64,000 nt of DNA, from positions 800,001-864,000 of the forward strand of contig CAWIXE010000001.1 of the NCBI GenBank assembly GCA_963840035.1, given 5' to 3'. The notes under the pieces were generated by a model. The model was not told where the DNA came from and searched no databases. It saw nothing but the letters and a program-made list of their open reading frames with translations. Below, in pieces: positions 27,683-36,922 of this stretch. The DNA is from a candidate division FCPU426 bacterium. GTDB lineage: Bacteria; Oederibacteriota; PGYV01; Palsa-1178. The first letter of the stretch is position 1, and the number at the start of each line of letters is the position of its first letter. The position numbers and the translations under genes are program-made.

Positions 27683-28351
27683 ATGTGTTTTTCAGCAAGC
27701 GCGAGCATTACAGCGGGGGTTTTGCTGACTTTTGTCGGCGTTGAAACCGTAAAAAGGGTGCATAAACCCTCACAGCTGGTATTCGGAATCATACCGCTTT
27801 TTTTTGCTTTGCAGCAATTTTCCGAAGGCGTCATATGGCTTACCATGCCGCATACGGAGTACGCGGGGCTTAAGGCCCTGTTTACCTATGTCTTTATAAT
27901 AATGGCCCAGATATTATGGCCTGTGATGATACCACTCTCAGTGCTGCTAATGGAGCAAAAGACAGGCAGGAAAATGCCGCTTTACGCGCTTTTGTGCGCG
28001 GGAATAGCGGTCGGGCTGTATAACGCGTATCTTCTCATCGTACACGGAGTATACGCGCAGGTTAACTTCAGGCACCTTTCTTACCAGAGCGATTCACAGG
28101 ATAATTTTAACATGATAGCGCTGGCAGTGTACCTGTCTGTCACCGTGTTGCCGCTTTTTGTTTCGAGCGTCAAGACCATGTATGTCCTGGGAATAGTAAT
28201 GGCTCTTTCTTTCGCTGTATCCGCGATATTTTACATGCAGTGCCTTACATCCGTGTGGTGCTTTTTCGCGGCTGTAATAAGTTTTGTTATCTTTTATATA
28301 TTAAGGAATGAGTATAAACAGTCGGATTATGACAAAGTACGGAAAAAATAG
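27683..28351 (+). CDS. Polytopic membrane protein (DUF6629-like)
   Basis: MCFSASAS N-terminus, QQFSEG.IW, SVWCFFAA; about 7 hydrophobic segments. Confidence 0.75.
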   Translation: MCFSASASITAGVLLTFVGVETVKRVHKPSQLVFGIIPLFFALQQFSEGVIWLTMPHTEYAGLKALFTYVFIIMAQILWPVMIPLSVLLMEQKTGRKMPLYALLCAGIAVGLYNAYLLIVHGVYAQVNFRHLSYQSDSQDNFNMIALAVYLSVTVLPLFVSSVKTMYVLGIVMALSFAVSAIFYMQCLTSVWCFFAAVISFVIFYILRNEYKQSDYDKVRKK

Positions 28352-28362
28352 GGAGATAAAAA

Positions 28363-28605
28363 ATGGAGATGACTATCATTATTTGCGCGATTTTAACGAC
28401 CGCCGCCATAATTACAGCCACGGTCTATTTTGTACTGACCATGGTGCAGGTAAAAAGGACGGCAAAAGAGTTTGAGGGAGTCGGCAAGATATTTAACATG
28501 GCGTCGCCTTTGATGAATCTGGTTTTTCTCGGCGGCGGATTATTTTCAAGGGCCACAAAACAGCTGAAACACTTTTTTGATAAAAAACTGAAAGGAGGTA
28601 AATAA
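28363..28605 (+). CDS. Small membrane-anchored protein (DUF948/YtxG-like)
   Basis: N-terminal TM then TMVQVKRTAKE; directly upstream of YtxH-like gene. Confidence 0.6.
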   Translation: MEMTIIICAILTTAAIITATVYFVLTMVQVKRTAKEFEGVGKIFNMASPLMNLVFLGGGLFSRATKQLKHFFDKKLKGGK

Positions 28606-28606
28606 A

Positions 28607-28828
28607 ATGAGCGAACATAACGGCGGAGAAGCTATACTTGCGCTGCTTTTAGGCGGAGCCATCGGGGCGGGACTGGGAGTGTTTTTTGCCACACAGTCGG
28701 GAAAAGAGACCAGAAAAAGGGTTAAAGTTTTTTTTGATGATGTTGGAATAAAGACAGGGGAATTGATGGAAGAAGGCAAAGAAACCATTGAGGAACTTGT
28801 GCACCCAAGGTCAAACGGAAAAAAGTAA
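28607..28828 (+). CDS. YtxH-domain general stress protein
   Basis: LLGGAIGAGLGVFFATQSGKETRKR. Confidence 0.88.
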   Translation: MSEHNGGEAILALLLGGAIGAGLGVFFATQSGKETRKRVKVFFDDVGIKTGELMEEGKETIEELVHPRSNGKK

Positions 28829-28839
28829 TCAAAAGAGCG

Positions 28840-28868
28840 AACCCCGGCATATCAGCCGGGGTTTTTTT
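28840..28868 (+). terminator. Intrinsic terminator
   Basis: ACCCCGGC-ATATCA-GCCGGGGT then T-run. Confidence 0.85.
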
Positions 28869-28899
28869 CATTTACAGGCAGAGGCCATGATTAAAGGGC

Positions 28900-28928
28900 T
28901 TGAAAAAGAAGGCTGTTTCTAATATCAT
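28900..28928 (+). promoter_or_regulatory. sigma70-type promoter
   Basis: TTGAAA-17nt-TATCAT. Confidence 0.55.
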
Positions 28929-28991
28929 ACTAATACGGCGCTAAATAATGCCGCGATTTTGGAATTATTTCAAAATTATCTGGAGGGTATC

Positions 28992-29456
28992 ATGACTACG
29001 AAAAAACAGATAGACGAATTCTTATCAGGAAAGAGGATCGCGGTAATCGGCATGTCCAGGACGAAGATGGAATACTCGAGGATGCTCATGAAAGAGTACG
29101 CGGCCGCGGGGTATGAGATCATACCGGTGAATCCGGCAGCGGATAATATAGAAGGGGTCAAGTGCTACAGGAACATAATGGACATTAAGCCTAAACCTGA
29201 CAGGGCCATACTGCTTCTTCCGCCGGACAAGACAGAACAGGCCATGCTTGACTGCGCGGCGGCGGGAGTTAAAGACGTATGGCTTCACTCGCACATAGCG
29301 GGCGGAGTGCAGAATACCAAAGCGATTTACCAGGCAGAGGCGAATAAGATGAACCTTATAACGGGATTTTGCCCCATGATGTTTTTAGCCAAGTCCATGT
29401 TCCTGCACAAGATACACGGCGGGGTTTTGAAACTGATGGGGGCGTACCCGAAATAA
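28992..29456 (+). CDS. CoA-binding domain protein
   Basis: IAVIGMSR, GYEIIPVNP, GVKDVW, GFCPMMF; GGAGG RBS. Confidence 0.85.
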   Translation: MTTKKQIDEFLSGKRIAVIGMSRTKMEYSRMLMKEYAAAGYEIIPVNPAADNIEGVKCYRNIMDIKPKPDRAILLLPPDKTEQAMLDCAAAGVKDVWLHSHIAGGVQNTKAIYQAEANKMNLITGFCPMMFLAKSMFLHKIHGGVLKLMGAYPK

Positions 29457-29464
29457 GACAAAAA

Positions 29465-29556
29465 CAGTCTCAAGACTCAATAGTCTCAGTTGTCTCAAGT
29501 CAGTTCTTTTGGCATGACTATTGAGACTACTGAGACATTTGAGACTATTGAGACTG
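29465..29556. repeat. Inverted array of ~9-bp units (AGTCTCA / TGAGACT)
   Basis: Four units on the left arm complementary to four on the right. Confidence 0.8.
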
Positions 29557-29572
29557 ATTTGAAAGGACCTTC

Positions 29573-30277
29573 ATGCGCGTACATTACCTCCAGCACGTTT
29601 CATACGAGAACCTCGCGAATATAGAGCCGTGGCTGAAAGAACGCGGGCATAAGGCCGCGCGCACGCGGCTTTACGCGGGGGACGCTTTTCCTGACCTTAA
29701 GAAAGTGGACTGGCTTATAATTATGGGCGGTCCCATGAACATATATGAACATGACAAATACCCGTGGCTTATCAAGGAAAAACAATTCATTAAAAAGGCT
29801 GTTAAAGCCGGAAAAATAATCCTCGGGATATGCCTCGGGGCGCAGCTTTTATCAGACTGCCTTGGCGGCAAAGTCACCCGCAATAAATACAAAGAGATAG
29901 GTTTCTTTCCCGTTTCATTGACGCCTGCCGGGAAAAAGTCAGCGATTTTTGCCGGCATGAAGGATAAATTCACTGCCATGCACTGGCATGGCGACACTTT
30001 TTCAATCCCGCCGGGATGCAAATCCCTGGCAAGAAGCGCGGGGTGCAAAAACCAGGCTTTTGAATATGAGGGAAGGGCCTTCGGCATTCAGTTTCATTTT
30101 GAGTACTCGGCGGGGCATATAAAGGAGTATTTTAAAGATCCTCAGAACGCGCTTTTGCCGGATAAATATGTTCAGGAATCCGGGAATATCCTGAAAAACA
30201 ACACGGGATATATTGAAATAAAAAAAATCATGGGACGGATTTTAAATAATGTGGAGAATGCCAAAATTGAAAAATAA
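29573..30277 (+). CDS. Class I glutamine amidotransferase (GMP-synthase-like)
   Basis: MGGPM, GICLGAQ (Cys), WHGD, QFHFE (His-x-Glu). Confidence 0.9.
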   Translation: MRVHYLQHVSYENLANIEPWLKERGHKAARTRLYAGDAFPDLKKVDWLIIMGGPMNIYEHDKYPWLIKEKQFIKKAVKAGKIILGICLGAQLLSDCLGGKVTRNKYKEIGFFPVSLTPAGKKSAIFAGMKDKFTAMHWHGDTFSIPPGCKSLARSAGCKNQAFEYEGRAFGIQFHFEYSAGHIKEYFKDPQNALLPDKYVQESGNILKNNTGYIEIKKIMGRILNNVENAKIEK

Positions 30278-31487
30278 AAGAATAGTGGCATTGATTTTTA
30301 CGGTTTTTATACTGTCAAATATTGTGGTTTTTTCTTATGCGAATGACGTACCTTCCGAAGGCGCGCCGGTTGCGGCTGGAAACGTTACTTCAACTGTGGT
30401 TCCTTTGACGGAATTACAAATAGCCGAGCAATTTTACAGGTCGCCTTCAACCGCTTTTTTTGTAACGCAGATCAGGCTCATCCCTTTTGTAACGACATTT
30501 ATACCTTTTGGAGCGGGGTATTCAAAAATTCCCGGGGATATGGGCTGGGCCGATTACACAGGGTTTGGGCTGTCGGCCGCCAGCGCCGCGTCATTCCTGG
30601 CGGGTTATTTTGATCCGCGTAACAGCGCCGCGTGGAACCTCTACGGGCTGTCCCTTTTCGGGCTGGCGTATAATTTTGACCTTGGATACGGAGCATACCT
30701 GTGCGCGAATAATACCACAACATTCATTGAGCGGCTCAGAAAACAGAAATTAAATCCGCAGGAAAAGGTTGTTTTTTACAAAGACCCCATCGCGGCCATC
30801 GGGCTTAATGTATTTGTCTCCGGCGGCATGGCAAATTCCTACCTTAATCTACAGAAGGAAAGTTTCATATGGTATATTGCAGACGCGGCAGCGGTGCTGG
30901 GCATAGGGGGCATAGTGCTGTTTAATGCAGTACCTTCAATGGGTTATGACAATCCTACAATGTACGTGATAGAGCAGGCCGGAGGGGCATATGTCGTCGT
31001 CTATCTTATTGTAAAAATAGTGAATTCATTCAACCTGTACCGTGAGGCCGATGCGAATAATATGAGGTTTTATGAGCAGGAAATATACAAACAGCAGGAG
31101 TTCGGATTAAAAAACGCAGACAGCAAGGACCCGCTGACCGCCGGCATCATATCTATTACGCTCGGCACCGTATTTCCCGGGGCCGGGAACCTGTACGCCG
31201 GGAACGGAGAGACATTTTCCGCTTGTATGGGAAGCACGGTGCTTGGAGGGATAATTTTTGGGTCCGGGTGTCTTATGGGGAAAGATAAGAACACATCAAA
31301 TAACTTAAAGGCCGTTGGCATAGGATTTTATGTTTTTTCCAGGCTGCTTGATTTCTACACATCCCCGGTCAACGCGTACCTGCACGACGCGCTGTACGGC
31401 CAAAAAGCGAAATACGACATGAAAGCCATGATAATCCCGATGATAGGGCAGGACAGCACCGGCGTGACGCTGGCGTATAGTTTTTAG
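30249..31487 (+). CDS. Hypothetical membrane protein with repeated P..A......PG.G..Y modules
   Basis: Signal-like N-terminus, several hydrophobic segments, C-terminal GVTLAYSF. Confidence 0.65.
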   Translation: MWRMPKLKNKRIVALIFTVFILSNIVVFSYANDVPSEGAPVAAGNVTSTVVPLTELQIAEQFYRSPSTAFFVTQIRLIPFVTTFIPFGAGYSKIPGDMGWADYTGFGLSAASAASFLAGYFDPRNSAAWNLYGLSLFGLAYNFDLGYGAYLCANNTTTFIERLRKQKLNPQEKVVFYKDPIAAIGLNVFVSGGMANSYLNLQKESFIWYIADAAAVLGIGGIVLFNAVPSMGYDNPTMYVIEQAGGAYVVVYLIVKIVNSFNLYREADANNMRFYEQEIYKQQEFGLKNADSKDPLTAGIISITLGTVFPGAGNLYAGNGETFSACMGSTVLGGIIFGSGCLMGKDKNTSNNLKAVGIGFYVFSRLLDFYTSPVNAYLHDALYGQKAKYDMKAMIIPMIGQDSTGVTLAYSF

Positions 31488-31505
31488 GCTGAAATAGCGG
31501 GCCTT

Positions 31506-31594
31506 GGGCGATTTCCACGGGACTTCGCGTGAATCGCCCCTACGGGGTTGTAAATATTTACAACAGACGTAGAGACGCCACCTGTGGGCGTCTC
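31506..31594. repeat. Pair of GTAG-type REP palindromes (BIME-like)
   Basis: GGGCGATT...GAATCGCCCCTAC, linker, GTAGAGACGCC-ACCTGTG-GGCGTCTC. Confidence 0.8.
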
Positions 31595-31678
31595 AGGGCA
31601 GGTTCTGCGTCATAGAGGGAGCAGGGTATCCTTTTTTACAGAATCCGGTATGTCGTGGCTATCCATGTAAATTATTAC

Positions 31679-31726
31679 TTGACATTTGTTCTATATAAAG
31701 TACAATTGTACTATATATAGAACAAA
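31679..31726 (+). promoter_or_regulatory. Promoter overlapped by a 42-bp palindromic operator
   Basis: TTGACA-16nt-TACAAT; 31685-31726 is self-complementary at 20 of 21 pairs. Confidence 0.8.
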
Positions 31727-31736
31727 GGAGAGTACA

Positions 31737-32327
31737 ATGCGCTTGAATTCCGATTTAACTAAAATGTTTGATTCGCCGGCTAAAATCAAGGTTTTAAGAT
31801 ACATAATAAAACCTGGATTCATGATGACAGGCAGGGAAGTAGCCAGGATTGGGAAAATAGCGGCTTCAATGGCGCTTAAGATACTGAAGGAATTTGAGGA
31901 TATGAACCTTGTAACAGGCAGGCGCGCCGGGAAGTCGGTGGTCTGGTCAGCAAGGGAAGACAGTTACGCTTACTCTGTGGCTGTCAAACTTTTTGGGGCA
32001 TTCAGTTTATTTAGCCCTGTCGCGTACATAAAGAGCATATTAAAAGAATGGGCAATGGCACGGAAAAAATATGTGGAGAGCGTAGTACTGTTCGGCTCTG
32101 TAGCAAGCGGTGAGGAAAACACTTCAAGTGATATAGACCTTTATGTCCGGGTAAAAACAGCCGCGGATAAGCAGGCGGCTGAAAAATCGCTTGAAGACCT
32201 GTCAGTGCTCTGCATAAAATTATTCGGAAATGTATTGAATCCGTATATCCTGACTAAAAATGAATGGCAGGTAAAGAAGGACAGCGGGCTCATGGAAAAT
32301 ATTGACAAGGGGGTAAAGATATTATGA
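31737..32327 (+). CDS. wHTH + minimal nucleotidyltransferase (MntA-like antitoxin)
   Basis: TGREVAR helix-turn-helix; LFGSVASGE...SDIDL NTase motif; AAGGAG RBS. Confidence 0.88.
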   Translation: MRLNSDLTKMFDSPAKIKVLRYIIKPGFMMTGREVARIGKIAASMALKILKEFEDMNLVTGRRAGKSVVWSAREDSYAYSVAVKLFGAFSLFSPVAYIKSILKEWAMARKKYVESVVLFGSVASGEENTSSDIDLYVRVKTAADKQAAEKSLEDLSVLCIKLFGNVLNPYILTKNEWQVKKDSGLMENIDKGVKIL

Positions 32328-32737
32328 CGAAAAACATCAAAACAAGGGATGTTGAAAAGGGGTTATTCAGGAATTTCTTACAGAAAGCCGATGAGAACTT
32401 CAGCGCGGCGGCAGGAGCGCTCGAAGAAAACAGGTATAACGCCGCGGCTGTAAGCTCCGTCCACTCCGCCATCTCGGCCGCTGACGCGTACTGTGTCCAC
32501 GGCCTGGGCAAAAGATGCGCGTCCGAGAACCACAAAGACGCCTCAGCCCTGATAATGGACGCGACAAGCGACAAAGAGACAAATAAAAAGATCACAAGTA
32601 TCTTTGATTCGGTAATAAGGATCAAAAATATGGCTGAATATGAAGAACGGCTGGTACGGCAGAAAGAGGCTCAGAAGGCGGTCAAGGAAGCCGGGGAGCT
32701 GCTGGAGATGATAAAGACGGTGATGAGGGAGAAGTAG
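32324..32737 (+). CDS. HEPN-domain protein (putative toxin partner)
   Basis: FLQKADENF, HSAISAADA, KNMAEY; 4-bp overlap with NTase gene. Confidence 0.82.
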   Translation: MTKNIKTRDVEKGLFRNFLQKADENFSAAAGALEENRYNAAAVSSVHSAISAADAYCVHGLGKRCASENHKDASALIMDATSDKETNKKITSIFDSVIRIKNMAEYEERLVRQKEAQKAVKEAGELLEMIKTVMREK

Positions 32738-32990
32738 GTTAAAGGATTTTTGGAGTTATGCATAGACACAGCATGAATCAAGTTGTTTAAAAACAACGTA
32801 ACAGGAAGTCGGCGTTTAAATATACGGGGGTTGCGAAAAATGAGATTAGTAAATTTTAGAAAATTCATATTTTATACCGGCCCAACGATGTTTCTCATAA
32901 TTATTTGGATATTGACCAACCTCAAGTTTATATTGTAACTAAATACACTTGAGAGCCGGCTTGCTAGCTCTCAAGGCGGGATTCACGTCT

Positions 32991-33279
32991 GAGAGGGGGC
33001 AAGCCCCCTCTCTACAAAATCAGGTTGTTGGTTTTCATTGAAATGCTTCATGAGCCGACGTCCATTCGTGGGTGCAAAAAGCAACAACCATCGTAGAGAT
33101 GCCACCTGTGGGCATCTCCAGGCAGGACCTCGTTTCACCCCTTCGTTTTATCGGGGTGCGCCTATTCTACGGTTGCCATTATGTAAACAGTTGACATCCC
33201 CTCGAGGGAACTGTCGGTGGTTTGAGGGTATGAATGGCTTTATTAGGCGCAGGCCGGTGAAACGTAGGCCTGCGACTAC
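32991..33279. repeat. Cluster of GTAG-type REP palindromes
   Basis: 32991-33015, 33093-33118 (covariant of 31569-31594), 33244-33279 (near reverse complement of 46585-46620). Confidence 0.75.
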
Positions 33280-33327
33280 GAAACATAAATGAGGTTGTTT
33301 TTGGGATTTGTGATTTCGGATTTGTGA

Positions 33328-33356
33328 TTGAATTACTACTACCCCTGTGTTATCAT
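33328..33356 (+). promoter_or_regulatory. sigma70 promoter with extended -10 (likely leaderless tonB)
   Basis: TTGAAT-17nt-TATCAT preceded by TGn; ATG follows after 7 nt; no SD. Confidence 0.55.
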
Positions 33357-33363
33357 CCATATT

Positions 33364-33957
33364 ATGAAAAAAACAGCCATAAACCTAGTCACCATAGCCG
33401 CTTTATTCTTCTCCGTGATGCTCCATGCCGCCTTAATCGGCGGGTTGGCTTACGCGGCGGGGATGTTTCCTTCAAAACAGGATGCATATAATAAGGAAAC
33501 GAAAACATCGAACCGCAACTCTGCTTACGCTCTTTTGCCGGATGTGGAGATAATATCGCAGGAATCCTCATTAAAGAAAAACGAAAACACTGAAAAAACA
33601 GTTACAGACCCTGAATCTTTCGGAAAAGCAGGGGCCCAGGCTGTGGAGTCCTCTGATAATACGGACAAATCGGTTTTTTCCTTTGAAGACGCTGTAAAAC
33701 GCAGGATACAGGAGGCAAGGATGTATCCTGTCGACGCCAAGCGCACCGGCACACAGGGCACGGCAAAGGTGGCGTTTACCCTTACACCCGACGGCGGGGT
33801 TTCTTCCGTGAACGTTGTCTCTTCCTCAGGGGATAAGATACTCGATGACGAGGCTGTATCAACCATAAAAAGGGCTTCGCCTTATCCGGTATTTCCGGAG
33901 AGCATAAAATCAAACAAAATGGATCTGCAGATAGCTATAGTTTTTAAGCTGAATTAG
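33364..33957 (+). CDS. tonB: Energy transducer TonB
   Basis: TM with SVMLH; YPVDAKRTGTQG.AKVAF, SSG...LDDEA, ASPYP. Confidence 0.88.
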   Translation: MKKTAINLVTIAALFFSVMLHAALIGGLAYAAGMFPSKQDAYNKETKTSNRNSAYALLPDVEIISQESSLKKNENTEKTVTDPESFGKAGAQAVESSDNTDKSVFSFEDAVKRRIQEARMYPVDAKRTGTQGTAKVAFTLTPDGGVSSVNVVSSSGDKILDDEAVSTIKRASPYPVFPESIKSNKMDLQIAIVFKLN

Positions 33958-33968
33958 GCATAAAGGAA

Positions 33969-34084
33969 TTGTCATTGCGAGGAGGCGTTTTTGTTCTTTG
34001 CCGACGAAGCAATCTGGCGGTTTTTAAGGCTTAAACGAGATTGCTTCGTCACCATAAGGCAAGAACGGTTCCTCGCAATGACAA
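33969..34084. repeat. GTCATTGCGAGGAG...CTCGCAATGAC palindromic element
   Basis: Terminal and internal (GACGAAGCAATC/GATTGCTTCGTC) inverted repeats; recurs at 38421 and 49869. Confidence 0.85.
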
Positions 34085-34101
34085 CAAAACAGGAGAAAAA
34101 A

Positions 34102-36000
34102 ATGAAAAAAAGTGCAATAACTTTTATTACGCTCTTATTGCTGCTCATTGCACCGGCTTTAATCCGCGCTGAGGAAATTCAGGGGTTTGTGCCTGCTGTC
34201 AGCGAGGCGCCTGACGCTGATATCGGCAGGATAATGGTGGAGGACGAGGAGTCCATAACTGAAAGCGGCATTAATGACGACGGAAAATCATTTGTTATCT
34301 ATAAAGGCGCTGATGTTTTGTCCGGGGGGGCTGTGAGCGTGGAAGACCTTCTGGAAAATTTGCCGGGTGTTTATTTAAATAAAAGCAGCCTGCTTAACAT
34401 GGGCACCGGCACATTCGCGGCTTCAAATCTTAAGATACGCGGCCTGGGCGGCGCGCCAAACTCAGGCATACTTGTAATCGTTGACGGCATCCCAAGGTCA
34501 ATGGGGGTTTTTAAGCACCCTTTGTTCGACACCATCCAGCTGGGGTCCGCGGAATCAGTTGAAATTATCAAAGGGCCATGCGGCGTGCTTTACGGAAACC
34601 AGGCAGTGGCCGGGGTAATAAACATTAAGACAAAAACAATTGATAACGAAGGGATGAAAACTTCCATTGGAACCATGATTGGCAACCATTATACCCAGAG
34701 CCATTTCATAGAGACCCGTATCAGGAAGCAGGAACTGCAGATAGGCGCCAATGTAAATTACAATTCCACGGCCGGGATCAGGCCGAATTCGGATTCATAT
34801 GACGAGAACGCGCACGGGTCGCTTAAGTATGACCTGGACGAGAACTGGGTTGTTTCGGCTGAAGGGGATTATTCATATATAAGGGAATTTAACCCCGGCC
34901 CGACGGACGCGATAAACTGGGTAAGGGAAGCTGAAAGCTACAGGCTCATACAGCGTGACGGAAAAATATCCATGGAACACAAGCACGGCGATTTATCAGG
35001 AAGCTTGACTGCATATACGGATTCAGGCTCAAACCAGTTTTTGAAAAACGCGAAACCGTCTTTGACACCCGGAGTTTACATAATTACCCCGGGTATATAT
35101 TCAATGTACGAAAATCAGGGCGCCAGGGTGGCGGAGGAATGGATAGCGCTTCCCGGCAATTCAACCAAGTTCGGCTTTGACTGGGATTACCTCGGCGCGT
35201 TCTTCGCGGCAGGGCCGAACCATTCAGGATGGCATGAGAATTCATTTTCCCCTTATATCTCCTCCAGCCAGGTTGCCGGTATTTTTACCCTTTCCGCCGG
35301 GTTAAGGTGCTACATCAGCTCGGTATGGGGCACAGAATTCATACCCCAGGCAGCTTTTAAAATATCCCTTTTTGAGGGGCAGTACATTTATATAAACGCG
35401 TCAAAAGGGTTTAAAACGCCGGCGATAGGCACTGTCATATTCGAGGATTTTGACGGGTTAAAGCCCGAGGATTACTGGCAGTACGAAGTCGGGGTAACAC
35501 ATAATATCATGGACAACGTGAAGTACGGGATATCATTATACCAGACAGAGGGCACAAATCTTTTGAGGTACAATCAGGCGTTATTGAAAACTGAAAACAG
35601 CGGCAGGATACTTTTCCGCGGCATTGACACGGACCTGGACATACGCATCCTGACATATCTGCACCTGGGAGGAACGCTCTCATACCTGGACCCGCGGGAA
35701 AAGACAGCCGGCCAGGCCATACTTTCCGGGTCGGTATATTATAAAGTCGAGACAGGCGCCTTTGACGCCGGGGTAAACTGCAGTTTTGCCAAGGACAGGT
35801 TTGATGGCGACCTGCGCAGCGTAAACGTAGGCGACTACGCCATATTCGGCGCGGATGTATCGTATAAGGCAAAACTTTTCGGGGCGGAAGAAGAATTCTA
35901 TTTAAATGTTGGAAATATTTTCAACAGGCAGTACCTGGTAAAGACGGGTTATCCCGCGGCAGGGTTTGATTACAAGACCGGTTTAACAATAAAATTCTAG
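34102..36000 (+). CDS. TonB-dependent receptor
   Basis: Plug motifs LLENLPGV, IRG, VDGIP, VEIIKGP..VLYG..AVAGVINI; NIFNRQY; C-terminal Phe. Confidence 0.92.
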   Translation: MKKSAITFITLLLLLIAPALIRAEEIQGFVPAVSEAPDADIGRIMVEDEESITESGINDDGKSFVIYKGADVLSGGAVSVEDLLENLPGVYLNKSSLLNMGTGTFAASNLKIRGLGGAPNSGILVIVDGIPRSMGVFKHPLFDTIQLGSAESVEIIKGPCGVLYGNQAVAGVINIKTKTIDNEGMKTSIGTMIGNHYTQSHFIETRIRKQELQIGANVNYNSTAGIRPNSDSYDENAHGSLKYDLDENWVVSAEGDYSYIREFNPGPTDAINWVREAESYRLIQRDGKISMEHKHGDLSGSLTAYTDSGSNQFLKNAKPSLTPGVYIITPGIYSMYENQGARVAEEWIALPGNSTKFGFDWDYLGAFFAAGPNHSGWHENSFSPYISSSQVAGIFTLSAGLRCYISSVWGTEFIPQAAFKISLFEGQYIYINASKGFKTPAIGTVIFEDFDGLKPEDYWQYEVGVTHNIMDNVKYGISLYQTEGTNLLRYNQALLKTENSGRILFRGIDTDLDIRILTYLHLGGTLSYLDPREKTAGQAILSGSVYYKVETGAFDAGVNCSFAKDRFDGDLRSVNVGDYAIFGADVSYKAKLFGAEEEFYLNVGNIFNRQYLVKTGYPAAGFDYKTGLTIKF

Positions 36001-36020
36001 ACCTCGTTTGAGCAGCGTTC

Positions 36021-36085
36021 GGGTGAGCCACCGGCTCACCCCTACGAAGACAAAAAACACGTAGGGGCGAGCCGGTGGCTCGCCC
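36021..36085. repeat. Inverted pair of GTAG-type REP palindromes
   Basis: GGGTGAGCCACCGGCTCACCCCTAC and GTAGGGGCGAGCCGGTGGCTCGCCC with compensatory changes. Confidence 0.8.
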
Positions 36086-36106
36086 GGTTCTTAAGGGAGA
36101 GCACAA

Positions 36107-36922
36107 ATGAAAAGAAGCATGTTATTGGCTGTCATATTTACAACCCTGGTATTATCAGGCTGCATGAAGCCCGTACCTGTCACCGACTCCATACTTTGCG
36201 GGACTACCATGATTGAGTCTCTTGTTTTGGACTGCGACCCTGCGGCAAAAGTTTCCACGCTTATACCCGGGGAAGTATGCCCGGGCGGATATGATTTAAA
36301 ACCCGATGACGCCAGGAAGATAGCGGCGGCAAAGCTATTTATGATACATCCGTTCCAGAAGGACCTTGCGGAAAAGGCATTAAAGACAAACCCGAAATTA
36401 ATTATTGAATACATAAAGGCGCCGGACATGCAGGTGCCGGAGAATTATTTCCGGGGTTTGCAGGAAGCCGCATTCATACTTGCCAAGAACAACGGGCCCA
36501 GGACGCAGTATTACATAGAAAACATGAACTTAAAAATGAGGCAGGTCAGGGAAACTGTTATTAATGAAGCGGCATATATCATGAAGCTTAAGGATAAGAA
36601 AATAAAAGTGTTGTGCAGCGTTTTCCAGCAGTCTTTCGCCGAGTACCTTGGCTTTGAAGTTGTCGGGGCGTTTGCCGGGCCTGAGACCATAAACGCGAAG
36701 GGGCTCTCAGACCTTCTGGCAAAGGCAAAAGCCTCCCATGCGGGGCTTATAATAAGCAATATGACCGGCGGACACGACGAGACCGCGGATGTGCTCAACA
36801 AACAGCTGAAAATAAAAAAGGCAATACTGATCAGTTTTCCGGCGGAGTTAAAAGGGCAGCCGATGTTCATGTCCATGTGGGCGTATAATATGGGCCAGAT
36901 AAAAGCGGCCTGCGGTGAGTAA
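36107..36922 (+). CDS. Metal ABC transporter substrate-binding lipoprotein (ZnuA/TroA-like)
   Basis: LSGC lipobox; LIPGEVCPGGYDLKPDD; FAEYLGF; operon context. Confidence 0.75.
   Translation: MKRSMLLAVIFTTLVLSGCMKPVPVTDSILCGTTMIESLVLDCDPAAKVSTLIPGEVCPGGYDLKPDDARKIAAAKLFMIHPFQKDLAEKALKTNPKLIIEYIKAPDMQVPENYFRGLQEAAFILAKNNGPRTQYYIENMNLKMRQVRETVINEAAYIMKLKDKKIKVLCSVFQQSFAEYLGFEVVGAFAGPETINAKGLSDLLAKAKASHAGLIISNMTGGHDETADVLNKQLKIKKAILISFPAELKGQPMFMSMWAYNMGQIKAACGE

Noticed and set aside
33038..33292. 84-aa ORF and similar ORFs at 49696-49950 and 46542-46757
   Set aside because: Run through palindromic repeats; no RBS or protein-like features
33960..34101. Cobalamin riboswitch before the TonB-dependent receptor
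   Set aside because: The structure is the dispersed GTCATTGCGAG repeat; no B12-box seen
33991..34101. Upstream ORF-track starts (also 8791, 21164, 27368, 31686, 39032, 39747, 43854, 51714, 53408)
   Set aside because: Extensions cross repeats, promoters or neighbouring genes; downstream ATGs fit the family N-termini and mostly have SD sites
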